Of a DNA stretch of 64,000 nt, positions 10,163-20,405 are shown in pieces (position 1 is the stretch's first letter; each line of letters opens with the position of its first letter). The stretch is from the NCBI GenBank assembly GCA_000091205.1, contig AP006495.2; one strand, written 5' to 3'. Under the pieces are notes generated by a model, which was not told the DNA's origin, did no database searches, and saw only the letters and a program-made list of their open reading frames with translations. The stretch is from Cyanidioschyzon merolae (taxonomy: Eukaryota). The position numbers and the translations under genes were made by a program.

Positions 10163-13066
10163 ATGGGAGGCGCTTTCGCTGCATACGCCATGACTCAGGC
10201 GCTCATTCTTCCCGGGAGCTCTGCTTTTATCAAAATACCACCGTACGCGAACAACCGCACGACCAGTACGTACTCGAATGGAGCAAGCTGCGTTGCCAGT
10301 CGCCGCCACTGTCGGTTTTTGGGAGCCGGCTCAGGCCGGAGCCGCGCCTTGACTGCGTTTCTGGTGAAGCAGCAGTGCTGTCGCTGCGTCGACAGTTTGC
10401 GGCGCGCACAGACAGCTAAGCGCTCACCTGGTGTCGCTGCGATCCGTCTCGCGACCGAGTCCCCGGAACAGGACCCTGTTCTTGACTGGCTCCGCAAAGA
10501 GCTCAACGACGAGCAGTTTGCAGCCGCGACGGCGCCCGTTGACGCTCCAGTTTTGGTGATGGCTGGCCCCGGATCAGGCAAGACGCGGGTTCTCACTTAC
10601 CGAATGGTGTACCTCATCATCAAAGAACTCTTCAGGGCAAGGCACTTATTGGCGGTTACGTTCACGAACAAGGCTGCTGATGAGATGCGAGCACGCGTGA
10701 TCGACCTACTAAAGTCGCGACAAGGCACCGAAGTGGAATCCTCGCACAGCGTTCCCACTGTTGGTACGATTCATTCGGCCTGTTCGCGCATCTTGCATCG
10801 GTTTGGCGCAGTCATGGGCATTAGCTCCAAGTTTAACATCTATTCCGAGTCGGATGCTAAGCGGCTGCTGCACAGGATCCTCGAAGAAAATGGCGAAACG
10901 ATGATTGACCCGAAGAAGATTGCGTTGTTCGCCGCGCTTCTCTCCGAGATGAAGCAGGAACAATTTTGCGCGGAGTTTGGTTACGAGCCGTCGCCCTCTA
11001 GGTCGCCGGCCTATGATGCTCGTGGCATCACTGCATACATGGTGGAACGCGCCAAAACCCTCCTTCCGGTGTACCAGTCGGAGCTGCGACGGCTTGGGGC
11101 ACTCGACTTTGATGATTTGATCCTGGAGGCGGGACGCCTGCTTCGGAATCACCCGGCCATTCGTCTGGAGCTCCAGAAGCAATGGCAATACATCATGGTA
11201 GATGAGACTCAGGACACCAGCCAAGCTCAGTATCATGTAATTCGATTACTGGCTGAAAGAAAACGTGAAACAGAGAAGTATTTCCCGTTGTTTCTTGTGG
11301 GTGATCCCGACCAAAGTATCTATGGATGGCGCGGGGCGGACATGCACGCTGTTCGGCGTTTTCGGGATTCGCTACCGGAAACCCGTGTCTACCTATTAGA
11401 GAACAATTACCGCTCGACGAAAGCAATTGGAGATCTAGCACAATACGTCATACAACAGGATCGTGAACGGATACATCCAGAGAAACGCATGCGTACGCAG
11501 CTAGAGGGCGAACATCCCGTTCGCTTGGTCTTTTGTAGGAACAGCAAGTCGGAAGCTGAATTCGTGGTCAAGCAAATTCGAGAACTCGTCGCACGCCACA
11601 AGCTCTCTGGTCGAGATATCGCCATCATGTACCGAACAAACGTTCAAAGCCGTACGCTCGAGGAAGCCTGCATACATGCCGGTGTGCCGTACGTCTTGGT
11701 TGGCGGTCTGCCCTTCTACGAGCGGCGCGAGGTCGCAGACATGCTGGCCTGTTTGAAGCTGCTCCTCCACGAGGGCGATACAGCAAGCTTTGAACGGGTA
11801 TTGAGCTTTGCGGTCTCCGGCATTGGCAAACGAACGACCGCCGCATTGTACGAATGGGCGAAACACCTGAACTGCACACCGATCGCGGCACTTCGGGCGC
11901 TCAGCAATGTCGATGCGGATACACCAATCGTTTCCAAAGCGATACCGAGCGTACCGCGCTCGCTGCCCGTGCATGAAACCCCAGCGGTGGACGAAAACGC
12001 CTCCAACGGAACCCGGGGTGCAGCTGAACTCGAGACTACCCCGACTTTGACCGATGAACAGGTGGCCATGCTGGGTGTCACTTCGCGGAAACGCAAAATC
12101 TTGCTCAAGTTTTTGGAGATGTATGAGCGGTGGAAGAGATTACTGCGAACACCTGTGGCCGAGATGAGCCGCAGGTATTATGTGCTTCCACTCATGATTA
12201 AGACAATTTTCGCAGACACGCAATACGAGGAATACGTCCGCAAGCAAGCGCTCCACGGACCCGCTGTCAATGAGGAGACCAGCGCTCTTCGCGTCCAGGA
12301 GCGTCTAGAGAACGTCGTTGAACTCGCACGAGCCGCCTCCACAGCCGAGGAGCTCTGCCTGAAGAGGGGTGCTCAAACGGCCGGCGACGTTCTCGTGACC
12401 TTTCTGCATGAGGTTGCACTTGTGCATGGCGCTAACCGCGACGAGAACACCCCGAAAGATGCATTCGGCTGTGTGAATCTCATGACGCTGCACGCGAGCA
12501 AAGGTCTTGAATTCGAAGCAGTTTTCATCGTTGGTATGACGGAAAGTCTTCTGCCACACAAGCTGTGTCGTACCCGAGAGTCACAGATCGCGGAGGAAAG
12601 GCGGCTGGCATATGTCGGCTTGACTCGCGCCAAGCGCCACCTGACAATCACCTGGTACCCAAATGGCTCCGAATGGCTCTCCCGGTTCCTCCTGGATGCA
12701 CCTGACGAACTCGTCAGTCGACACTGCGCCCGGGATCTGATGAAAGGTCGCCTGGACCCCATTCCACGTGAAGAATATACGCTGCGGTGCAAGCAAGCAC
12801 ACGCGGGCAGCAAGGAGCCGGTACGCATCGGTGACATAGACGTACTGGGAGAAGTGAAGGCCAGGAGCAGGGCGGCGGAATCGAAACGAGCACGTGTCCA
12901 GGCAAACGCGGACTCCAAACTAGCCGCTGGGGTTTTTGTAAGGCATTCAAAATATGGCAAAGGTATTGTTGTCAAGAAACTAGACGGTACACCGCTCGTT
13001 GTCGTGCGATTCTTCGAGCAGCGCGGGACAAAGGCTGTTCCTGGAAACTTCTTGGAGCGGCTCTGA
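10163..13066 (+). CDS. UvrD/PcrA/Rep-family superfamily-1 DNA helicase, bacterial type. It has a UvrD C-terminal Tudor-like domain and a Ser/Thr/Arg-rich N-terminal presequence, so it may be organelle-targeted.
   Basis: Walker A VLVMAGPGSGKTRVLTYR, motif II FLVGDPDQSIYGWRGAD, motifs V and VI (LMTLHASKGLEFEAVFIVGM...RRLAYVGLTRAK), and a C-terminal FVRHSKYGKGIVVKK...VVVRFF. The computed ORF begins at 9791, but codons 1 to about 60 are element-derived (see findings). The first plausible start is the Met at 10163. Confidence 0.85.
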   Translation: MGGAFAAYAMTQALILPGSSAFIKIPPYANNRTTSTYSNGASCVASRRHCRFLGAGSGRSRALTAFLVKQQCCRCVDSLRRAQTAKRSPGVAAIRLATESPEQDPVLDWLRKELNDEQFAAATAPVDAPVLVMAGPGSGKTRVLTYRMVYLIIKELFRARHLLAVTFTNKAADEMRARVIDLLKSRQGTEVESSHSVPTVGTIHSACSRILHRFGAVMGISSKFNIYSESDAKRLLHRILEENGETMIDPKKIALFAALLSEMKQEQFCAEFGYEPSPSRSPAYDARGITAYMVERAKTLLPVYQSELRRLGALDFDDLILEAGRLLRNHPAIRLELQKQWQYIMVDETQDTSQAQYHVIRLLAERKRETEKYFPLFLVGDPDQSIYGWRGADMHAVRRFRDSLPETRVYLLENNYRSTKAIGDLAQYVIQQDRERIHPEKRMRTQLEGEHPVRLVFCRNSKSEAEFVVKQIRELVARHKLSGRDIAIMYRTNVQSRTLEEACIHAGVPYVLVGGLPFYERREVADMLACLKLLLHEGDTASFERVLSFAVSGIGKRTTAALYEWAKHLNCTPIAALRALSNVDADTPIVSKAIPSVPRSLPVHETPAVDENASNGTRGAAELETTPTLTDEQVAMLGVTSRKRKILLKFLEMYERWKRLLRTPVAEMSRRYYVLPLMIKTIFADTQYEEYVRKQALHGPAVNEETSALRVQERLENVVELARAASTAEELCLKRGAQTAGDVLVTFLHEVALVHGANRDENTPKDAFGCVNLMTLHASKGLEFEAVFIVGMTESLLPHKLCRTRESQIAEERRLAYVGLTRAKRHLTITWYPNGSEWLSRFLLDAPDELVSRHCARDLMKGRLDPIPREEYTLRCKQAHAGSKEPVRIGDIDVLGEVKARSRAAESKRARVQANADSKLAAGVFVRHSKYGKGIVVKKLDGTPLVVVRFFEQRGTKAVPGNFLERL

Positions 13067-13454
13067 TAAGGATAACGAGGATCGCGAAGGCGTCTCTGTA
13101 ACGTGGGTGCGTGCGTGGGTGGATAGAGCGTACCCTCAACGCGGCCTTGTCGATGGTGACTGCGTTCACAAGACCGCACACGCCGGGCCAGCGGACGATG
13201 GGTGATCATGGACCCAAAACGTGTCGGTGCAAAGACATAAGACTGTGTCATTCGATTTCCGATAGCAACGTACAGAAGGACTGCTCGTCAGCGGTCTGTT
13301 TTTCTGGTAGAGCGCCAGGGGCCGATGCTTGACGTGGCGCCGCTGCAAGATCAGCAATAGAGGAGATCTTGAGAACAACAGTACAAAGCCGGCCACGATC
13401 GCTTGCGGTTTATGCTTCTTCTGGGGTAACAAAGCGCGTGCTTGCCGCCATCAA

Positions 13455-13710
13455 TCGTGGATGCACTTGATGTCCACGATGGGCGTGGAGTTGCACACAA
13501 TGAGCCCGCGGATGGACGAAAGAGTTTCGTGTAGCATTCCTGTGTTTTCGCGATGCCGCCAACTTTAGTGGATGCATTCGATTTACACGATCAATTGACG
13601 TCGCTCGCAATGAGCTTGCGGATAGAACGACTAGTTTCACGTGGTGCTGCAGTATGCTCAGGAGCGTTGTCGAAACGCTGGTTTTGTCACGATGCGCTGA
13701 CGTCGCGGCA
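13455..13710. repeat. Tandem direct repeat, unit about 110 to 115 bp, about 2.3 copies.
   Basis: Unit GTGGATGCACTTGATGTCCACGATGGGCGTGGAGTTGCACACAATGAGCCCGCGGATGGACGAAAGAGTTTCGTG... is repeated starting near 13565 (GTGGATGCATTCGATTTACACGATCAATTGACG...GAGCTTGCGGATAGAACGACTAGTTTCACGTG). A partial third copy follows. Confidence 0.55.
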
Positions 13711-14698
13711 GAATATTCTGTAGCGAGCGCTCTTCGACAGCTGACATCTGTACTTCGGGTTCCGCGAAGCGCACGGAACGTTTCGGTGTGCCGCCTGTCC
13801 GTGACGCGCTCGAGGAGACCTGCAGGCCCGGGCTGGTCGCCGCCCTCTCGTCATGCAATGGTGCAGCGTCGCCTCCAGAGCTATGCTGCTGGCCCTGGGG
13901 CTGCTTTGTAGGCGGAAGACTCGCCATGTCCGGCGTCTTGGCTGGGATCGCTCCCGTGTTGGATGCAAGGGCGGCTTTGGGCGCAGATCGAAACCGAACA
14001 CCGTCTTTTCTAGGCGGGATTGGCGGTGCTTTTGCGAGTATGCCATTCCAGTCCGGGAGGCTGGGCGTGAGACCCGCAACCGCAGCAATGGCCTTTGTTT
14101 GCGCATTTCGGATGGTTGCATGATCTTCTCTGAGAACTGGTTTCACTGCGTCCGCGTTTGTCTCGCCAGTGGGTCGCACAAGGAAGTGGTAACCGCGATC
14201 CGCCCAGCGGAAAAGCCGTACGGGCCCTCTTTCCGTATCTTTCGGTTGGACGTTCATCGGAGTTGCTGCCGAGGCAGTCCCACAATTTCTGGACTCCGCA
14301 CCTGAAACATTTTCGTTAAAGTTTGTTTTTGGAGACGCATTCCTGCGATGCTTAGACACAGCTGTTCCAGTACCTTGCCCTGCACTGTTCAGCAGTCGAA
14401 GTGGCGATCGCTCCTGACATGCCGATACCGCTGGTGCAGAAGATGTCACTGGAGCTGGTACAACGCCCGTTTGTGATCGGGAAGGTTCACCAGTGCCCTG
14501 CTCGCTGCCTTTACGAGACCTCGCAGTGGTGTCCAACGTGCGCGGACGCAACCTTGAGAGGAACAAGCGAACGGCCATTGCGCGCTTTTCTAAAACGAAT
14601 AGCTTCCGTTCCCTTTCCTCCAGTGCCTGTTCGAGGCGACAGTACACGCGTTCGGTACCGGCAGCGGCTCTGTCAACTTCACGAGCCAGCTCTTGCAT
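13658..14698 (-). CDS. Hypothetical protein: an N-terminal coiled-coil-like region followed by a Ser/Pro/Ala-rich disordered region.
   Basis: 346-codon ORF. No recognisable motif, and the low complexity could be non-coding. Confidence 0.2.
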   Translation of the reverse strand: MQELAREVDRAAAGTERVYCRLEQALEERERKLFVLEKRAMAVRLFLSRLRPRTLDTTARSRKGSEQGTGEPSRSQTGVVPAPVTSSAPAVSACQERSPLRLLNSAGQGTGTAVSKHRRNASPKTNFNENVSGAESRNCGTASAATPMNVQPKDTERGPVRLFRWADRGYHFLVRPTGETNADAVKPVLREDHATIRNAQTKAIAAVAGLTPSLPDWNGILAKAPPIPPRKDGVRFRSAPKAALASNTGAIPAKTPDMASLPPTKQPQGQQHSSGGDAAPLHDERAATSPGLQVSSSASRTGGTPKRSVRFAEPEVQMSAVEERSLQNILPRRQRIVTKPAFRQRS

Positions 14699-14819
14699 GG
14701 GTTACAAGAAGGCTGCGTTTGGAAGGGCGCAGCTAGCTTGTGCGCGTTTCGAAATCGGCAAACGTCGAGGGGAAATCGAATGCGTGTCGCTAGGCCGCGC
14801 GCGTCCGTGCACTGCGGAA

Positions 14820-15045
14820 TAGTACATAACTGGATAAGATGGACAGGAGCGCCTGGCAAGCGTCGCCGATCATGCCGCATGGCTCTGCACTGCACGGCTC
14901 TTCGGGGTGCATTCAGTGGCGTCTACAGAGAAACTGTACATAACTCATTCAAATGGACAGGACTGCCTAACCAGCGTCGCCGATCATGCCGCAGGGCGCT
15001 CTGCACTGCACGGCTCCTTGAGGCATCTGCAGTGGCGTCCGCATG
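14820..15045. repeat. Tandem direct duplication, unit about 115 bp, 2 copies, immediately upstream of the MPP-beta start codon.
   Basis: TACATAACTGGATAAGATGGACAGGAGCGCCTGGCAAGCGTCGCCGATCATGCCGCATGGCTCTGCACTGCACGGCTCTTCGGGG... is repeated as TACATAACTCATTCAAATGGACAGGACTGCCTAACCAGCGTCGCCGATCATGCCGCAGGGCGCTCTGCACTGCACGGCTCCTTGAGG... Confidence 0.65.
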
Positions 15046-15137
15046 CGATCTGTCCGCCTTGGACACCAGTCGTTGTATATGGAAAGGCCGTGCGTTGGAC
15101 CCTCGCCCGGCTGACACTTGAAAACGCACCGTTCACC

Positions 15138-16733
15138 ATGTCCGAGTGGTTACTCCCTGTTCGAGCGTCATGGATCGGCTTGACACGACGGTGTTTTGCG
15201 TTTCAGCGGCTGGGAAGTGTACGCTATGCACACACTGGCAGTGGGAGCAGTGTGAGCAGCCATTCAACGGCTGCGGCTATGCCGCTGCCGGATCCTCTGC
15301 AGACCAGCTTCCAACCGACAGGTCTGAAAAGACTCGTTAAGCAAGTTTTCGGAGAGAACGCAGCACCGCTACCTCCTGGCTACCGTGTTGAACCGCGCCT
15401 CCTGACCCAAACACCAACCCACGTGACGACACTGACAAACGGGATGCGCGTCGCAACGGAGCGCCTGGACACGCCTACGGTGACGGTAGGACTGTGGCTG
15501 GATACGGGTACTCGATTCGAACCGGCTGCTGTGAACGGCGCAGCGCACTTTTTGGAGCACATCATTTTCAAAGGCACCCAGCGCCGAACGCAACAGCAGT
15601 TGGAGATGGAGGTAGAGGATATGGGCGCGCAACTCAATGCGTACACATCCCGCGAGCAAACCGTGTATTTTGCTCGTTGCTTGAGCGATGTGCTCCCCCA
15701 GTCAGTGGACTTGCTTGCCGATATTATTCAGAACAGCCGTCTGGATGCTGCAGCGGTGGAGCGCGAGAAAGACGTCATCTTGAGAGAGATGGAGGACATC
15801 GAATCGCAGCCAGAAGAAGTCGTATTCGACTATTTGCATGGTACTGCTTTCCAAGGGACACCTCTGTCACGGACGATCCTGGGACCGGTGGAAAATATTC
15901 AGGCAATGCAGCGGGAAGCCTTGCTCGAATACATCCGGCGACATTACCGCCCGCATCGCATGGTGCTGGTCGCTGCCGGTGGGTGTCCCGAACACGAACG
16001 GTTCGTGGAGCTCGCCGAGAAGCACTTTGGCAGCATGCCTCGTGCCGAAGATGAAAGCGTGTCTTCAGAAACACTTGCAGCCGCTGAGCCCGCGTACTTT
16101 ACCGGCTCCGATGTGCGTGTTCGGAATGATGACATGCAGCTGGCGCACTTCGCGCTCGCCTTTGAGACCTGCGGCTGGGCGCATCCAGATGCGCCCGCGC
16201 TCATGGTGATGCAGGCGCTCATGGGTGCCTACGATCGCAACGCAGCCCTGAGCCGCTTCTCGTCGTCGCGCCTGTGCAGGGGACTCCACAATGTTCCGAA
16301 CGCCGTTAGCGCACAGGCCTTCAATACGTCGTATGTAGATACGGGCCTTTTCGGTGTTTATGCTATAGCGCATCCGCCTGATCTGGATGACGTCGTCTAC
16401 GAGATTCAGATGCAGTTAACCGGGATGGCGTACAAGCTCGATGAGTCCGAGGTGGAACGGGCGAAGAGGCAACTCAAAACATCGCTTTTACTCCAGCTGT
16501 CCGATTCAAACGCCGTTGCGGAGGATATTGGCCGTCAGTTGCTGACCTACAACCGTCGTGTGCCGCTGGCTGAAACGTTCGCTCGGATCGATGCGGTAAC
16601 GGCGGAAAGTCTGATTCACATTGCGAACAAGTACCTGTGTGATCGGGAGCTTGCTGTGGCCTCTTTGGGCCCGATCGCTTCGCTGCCGGATCTGCTGTGG
16701 ATGCGACGACGCACGTACTGGTTGCGGTACTAG
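15138..16733 (+). CDS. Mitochondrial processing peptidase beta subunit or cytochrome bc1 core protein. M16 pitrilysin family with an inverted zinc motif.
   Basis: HFLEH...E inverted zincin motif (AAHFLEHIIFKGTQRRTQQQLEMEVEDMGAQLNAYTSREQTVYF). It also has GMRVATE and the conserved C-terminal M16 domain. The ORF is open from 14907, but the Met at 15138 (MSEWLLPVRASWIGLTRRCFAFQRLGSVRY...) gives a presequence-like N-terminus. Confidence 0.85.
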   Translation: MSEWLLPVRASWIGLTRRCFAFQRLGSVRYAHTGSGSSVSSHSTAAAMPLPDPLQTSFQPTGLKRLVKQVFGENAAPLPPGYRVEPRLLTQTPTHVTTLTNGMRVATERLDTPTVTVGLWLDTGTRFEPAAVNGAAHFLEHIIFKGTQRRTQQQLEMEVEDMGAQLNAYTSREQTVYFARCLSDVLPQSVDLLADIIQNSRLDAAAVEREKDVILREMEDIESQPEEVVFDYLHGTAFQGTPLSRTILGPVENIQAMQREALLEYIRRHYRPHRMVLVAAGGCPEHERFVELAEKHFGSMPRAEDESVSSETLAAAEPAYFTGSDVRVRNDDMQLAHFALAFETCGWAHPDAPALMVMQALMGAYDRNAALSRFSSSRLCRGLHNVPNAVSAQAFNTSYVDTGLFGVYAIAHPPDLDDVVYEIQMQLTGMAYKLDESEVERAKRQLKTSLLLQLSDSNAVAEDIGRQLLTYNRRVPLAETFARIDAVTAESLIHIANKYLCDRELAVASLGPIASLPDLLWMRRRTYWLRY

Positions 16734-17867
16734 TTTGATTCTTGTGAAAGATGTTGTTACCGTGCGCATACACTGTAAAACAGGTCGCCCGTATTCGTTC
16801 CGCGCTTTTCGTAAAGACTCTGGACACACAACCGTAGCACACGTTCTGCACCGGTCTGTTGGGACGTCGTCACCAGGCGGGGGCCTTGTTTGCGTACGCA
16901 AGGCTTAACTTTAGCAATGGCAATGCATTTCGACGCCCAGGTTGCAGCAGCAGATACGAATGGCGCCCTCGGTAGGTGCCCCGCTTGCGTCACGAGATAA
17001 ACAGAAGCGGTATGCATCATCCGATGCGGGGCCTATGTACCGGTCTCAGGGTCTGTATCGAGGACGATACCTTGAACCACGGAGCGCTTCGTGTTACCAG
17101 CACGCCGTCACGTCTCCAGCGAGCAGTTTGTCGGCTGTGGTGCGGATAGGGGGCGCCTTCGCACCGCTCGGCCCTGGCCTCGTGACGCAAAGCCAGTTCA
17201 GAGCGCTGCTGCACCGATTGCAGTCGATGGTGTGCATGGTAAAAAACAGCCGTTATTGGGCAATCGCCAACAAATATCGCACGTTTTCACAGCACAATTG
17301 TGAAGCTTCCCAATACGCAAGCCGTATACGCCGTCACCGTTACCGCCACGAACAGCTACTCCAGACCGAGCAGCGGGGAAATTGCGGTACGCGAGCACCG
17401 ACGCTACCTGCATGTCGTATTGAAACGCAACAGTGGACTGTATGATTTTGTTTCCGAGCTCTGATCTTTTTCCGAGCCATTCTTAGATGTAAAGCGTCGA
17501 CATTCGAAGCGCAGCGAGATGGCTTACGGGCGCATTCGTAGCTTTCGGGTTCTAGATTGTCTTTTTCGAGTGGCTCTCGGTACGCTTTGGTGCTCGAATT
17601 CGTTGCGGCACCGGAATCTAGATGACTCACGACGCCCCCGAACACGGGTTCTCAAACTAACCGGTATCATTATCAGGTTCCTACGTACCAGCATGCACTC
17701 GTCTCCTTTCCGTGCAGGTCGCATGCTCATATGCCACCTGCTGAATGTTTTCGATCTTTCTGATTTATGGTGTAACTCGTGGGCGCAGCCATTCGCGCCG
17801 TTGGATTGACGACGAAATAAATCTTGGACGTCATCGCTTGGCGAGCTGTTCACGAGCGCATGCCGAA

Positions 17868-18576
17868 AGCTCCCTGAGCTCGGCACTTCAAATAATGGAT
17901 TTCGTTCGAAAGACCAATCTCCCGATCTTTGCGGTCATCCACGAAACGGCGTTCGACGGCAGTATGCTACATCTCATTGGATTTTCTCCGAAACGCTCGT
18001 GTATATTCTGTTTGCTTGAACGTGGGTTTTGGACTTGAGTCACCGCTGCGACCGCTTCCGGTGGAGCCTGCGTTATGGATAAGCACGGACGGAGCGTAGA
18101 CGGACCAGAATATCTAGAGCGCTTCTTCAACCTGAATTTTCCTTGCGGTGGTTTTCTTTTATCATGGAAATCATCGCGTTTCACAAATCATTCATGGAAT
18201 AGAGCAGCGTGCACTCGCGCGTGCAGCGGAGAGCGTATTCACCAAAGCTGACTTTCCAGAACATAACTGTTCTCGTCCGGTACTGTATTGGACCTGGAAA
18301 CGGAGAAGGACATGTCCCGAGCGAAAAAGCTCGCTTTCACGCGCCTCAGAGCGGCACTCGGAGAGGGAATTGCGATGCATGTATGTGAAGACCTGATCAC
18401 GACCGAATGGAACCGCTACGAGAGACGCTCCGAAGCAGTGTGCAAAAAAATGAAAATGGGAAGCGACGCATCGTTCGCAACTTCAGCTTCTGCAAGACAT
18501 GCGAAAACGGAAGCTGTAATCCGCAAAATCGGGACTTGAACGCTGCCATCGACATCGTTCGTTTGCCGGCAACGGG
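17868..18576 (+). mobile_element. Family II TnpB/Fanzor-like relic, copy G. A shared 5' module is followed by a degenerate C-terminal zinc finger and RuvC-III. It is frameshifted at an A7 run.
   Basis: The 5' module 17868..18060 is homologous at nucleotide level to 33200.., 37497.., 57460.. and 61085... Translation gives ...EDLITTEWNRYERR..., then after a frameshift ...RNFSFCKTCENGSCNPQNRDLNAAIDIVRL* (motif 18517..18546, stop 18574). Confidence 0.5.
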
Positions 18577-19068
18577 ACCAGGCTGAAAACAGTGACTGAA
18601 GTATTGAAAGCCAAAGATAGACAGGGGGAAAGAAACAAGTTACAGGAAAAGTCCGCAACGGCTAGTGTTGATGTCAGTGGCAAAGGAGTCAAAGTTGAGC
18701 ATGTTCGCTCGAGTTCGTAGATCCGTTCCATTGTACGCCAATGTGGATGTAGTCCTGGGTGTCGTGCGTGCGTGCGCCGTGGAAACTCGTGCCACGGCAC
18801 TTGCGTGTCAGAAAGCGCGGGAACCCGTGGAACGCTTGCTTTCAGAGAAAATCGAGGTTTGAGGCTTTCATCTCTTCACGCCAAGACAGAGATTCCATAG
18901 GTAATTTTTCATTGCAAGGTACGATCGTTTTCACCACGGACTTTCATAGCCAATCAAGTATTTAGCGCTTTCGCGGTACATTTGGACCACGTTTCCGTAT
19001 TCAACTTTTCGTTGCAGTCCAAATAGTGCCGCGCGGTTTGGCGTTGGAGGCGGCTCGGGTAATGTATC

Positions 19069-19764
19069 TTGTCGAGCGAACGGGACACACGGTGTCGCAC
19101 CAGTTTGGTTTCCACGAGTTTCGACCAGATGGCCGCGGACGTCAACCGTGAACCATCGTTTGCGTGTAGCGCTTGCGGTGCTTCCCAGACGCTCTTCAAA
19201 CGCTACACGCTTTGTATCGGCTACGGGAATGCGAACGGTACGGAAACTGTTTTACTGGGCTTGAAACAACGAGGCTTTGGTCGAGGCAAGTGGAACGGAT
19301 TCGGCGGCAAAGTCGAAGCAGGCGAAAACGTCTGCCAGGCGGCACTCAGAGAGCTCTACGAGGAAGCCGGCGTCCACATTGTTGCCGATGGCCATCCGTC
19401 GAGTGCGCGTTGCACCACACCTCGTCATGATATACGGCGCTTCCGATGGGCTGGTTGTCTGTGCTTTACCTTCGAGGCGAAGTCCATGCCCAGAATGCAT
19501 GTAGATGTATTCAGCGGTTCCATTTGTGCATGTCGAGAGCCACGTGCCAGCGATGAAATGATTCCGCAATGGTACGCGTACTCGCAGATACCCTACGAGA
19601 GCATGTGGCCAGATGACGCGATATGGTTGCCACTTTTACTTCAGCAGGATCAGGAGCTGCATCCTCGAATTCTAATCGCGGAGTTCATTTACAATGATGA
19701 CGCGGATAACATTTTGAAAAGCAACGTTCGGCTGTTACCTCGGGAGCAAGCTGGCATCTTCTAA
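19069..19764 (+). CDS. Nudix hydrolase of the NUDT1/MTH1 type (MutT-like).
   Basis: Nudix box GKWNGFGGKVEAGENVCQAALRELYEEAGV. GFGGKVExGE is characteristic of MTH1-type 8-oxo-dGTPases. Confidence 0.8.
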   Translation: MSSERDTRCRTSLVSTSFDQMAADVNREPSFACSACGASQTLFKRYTLCIGYGNANGTETVLLGLKQRGFGRGKWNGFGGKVEAGENVCQAALRELYEEAGVHIVADGHPSSARCTTPRHDIRRFRWAGCLCFTFEAKSMPRMHVDVFSGSICACREPRASDEMIPQWYAYSQIPYESMWPDDAIWLPLLLQQDQELHPRILIAEFIYNDDADNILKSNVRLLPREQAGIF

Positions 19765-20405
19765 CGAGTGTCACTGACGCATCGTGCGCATGGTGCAAAC
19801 GTGGTGTAAACGCTTTGCGACGGTCACCGCTGGTCATTCTAAGCTCCAGGCGACACACAGAGGGGATTTGGATCCGCAGGCAGCAATGGTTTCGATGAAG
19901 CACAACGAGTCTGCTGCGCAGCAGCAGCGCGCGTTCACCTCAGCCTAGCACCCATCAGACCAGTTCAGCGCCACCCATCTGCCCGAACCGGGACACTCGC
20001 TTTTAAAGGCCTTTTCCGCTGCTCGAGGTACCACTCACCAAGGCGACGCCCAAGTACCGTACCCAGTCCAAGCATGAGTCCTGTAACTAAAGGGTACAGA
20101 ACGACTTCTTTCGCCCTTTCGAGCGCGCGCTGCGCTCGTGAACGATCGCCCGGTGCCATGGCCCTAGGTTCAGTGAGCAACAAGCCGCTCCGGCGAAAGC
20201 GCTTTCGATTAGTAGTCTAGGCACTTTTGTCGTGCGCACGTGCCGTCTTACAAGAGCGCCCCGAAGCAGCGACCTAAACGCAGTGCGTTGGCAAACGGAA
20301 CGCGATCGAGCCTGCTTTCCGCCGCTCGCTCGATTTCAGAGACCACGGACTGACCACGAATAGGCTGCCACGCAGATACCTGTGCGTGGACGTCTTTACA
20401 AGAAC

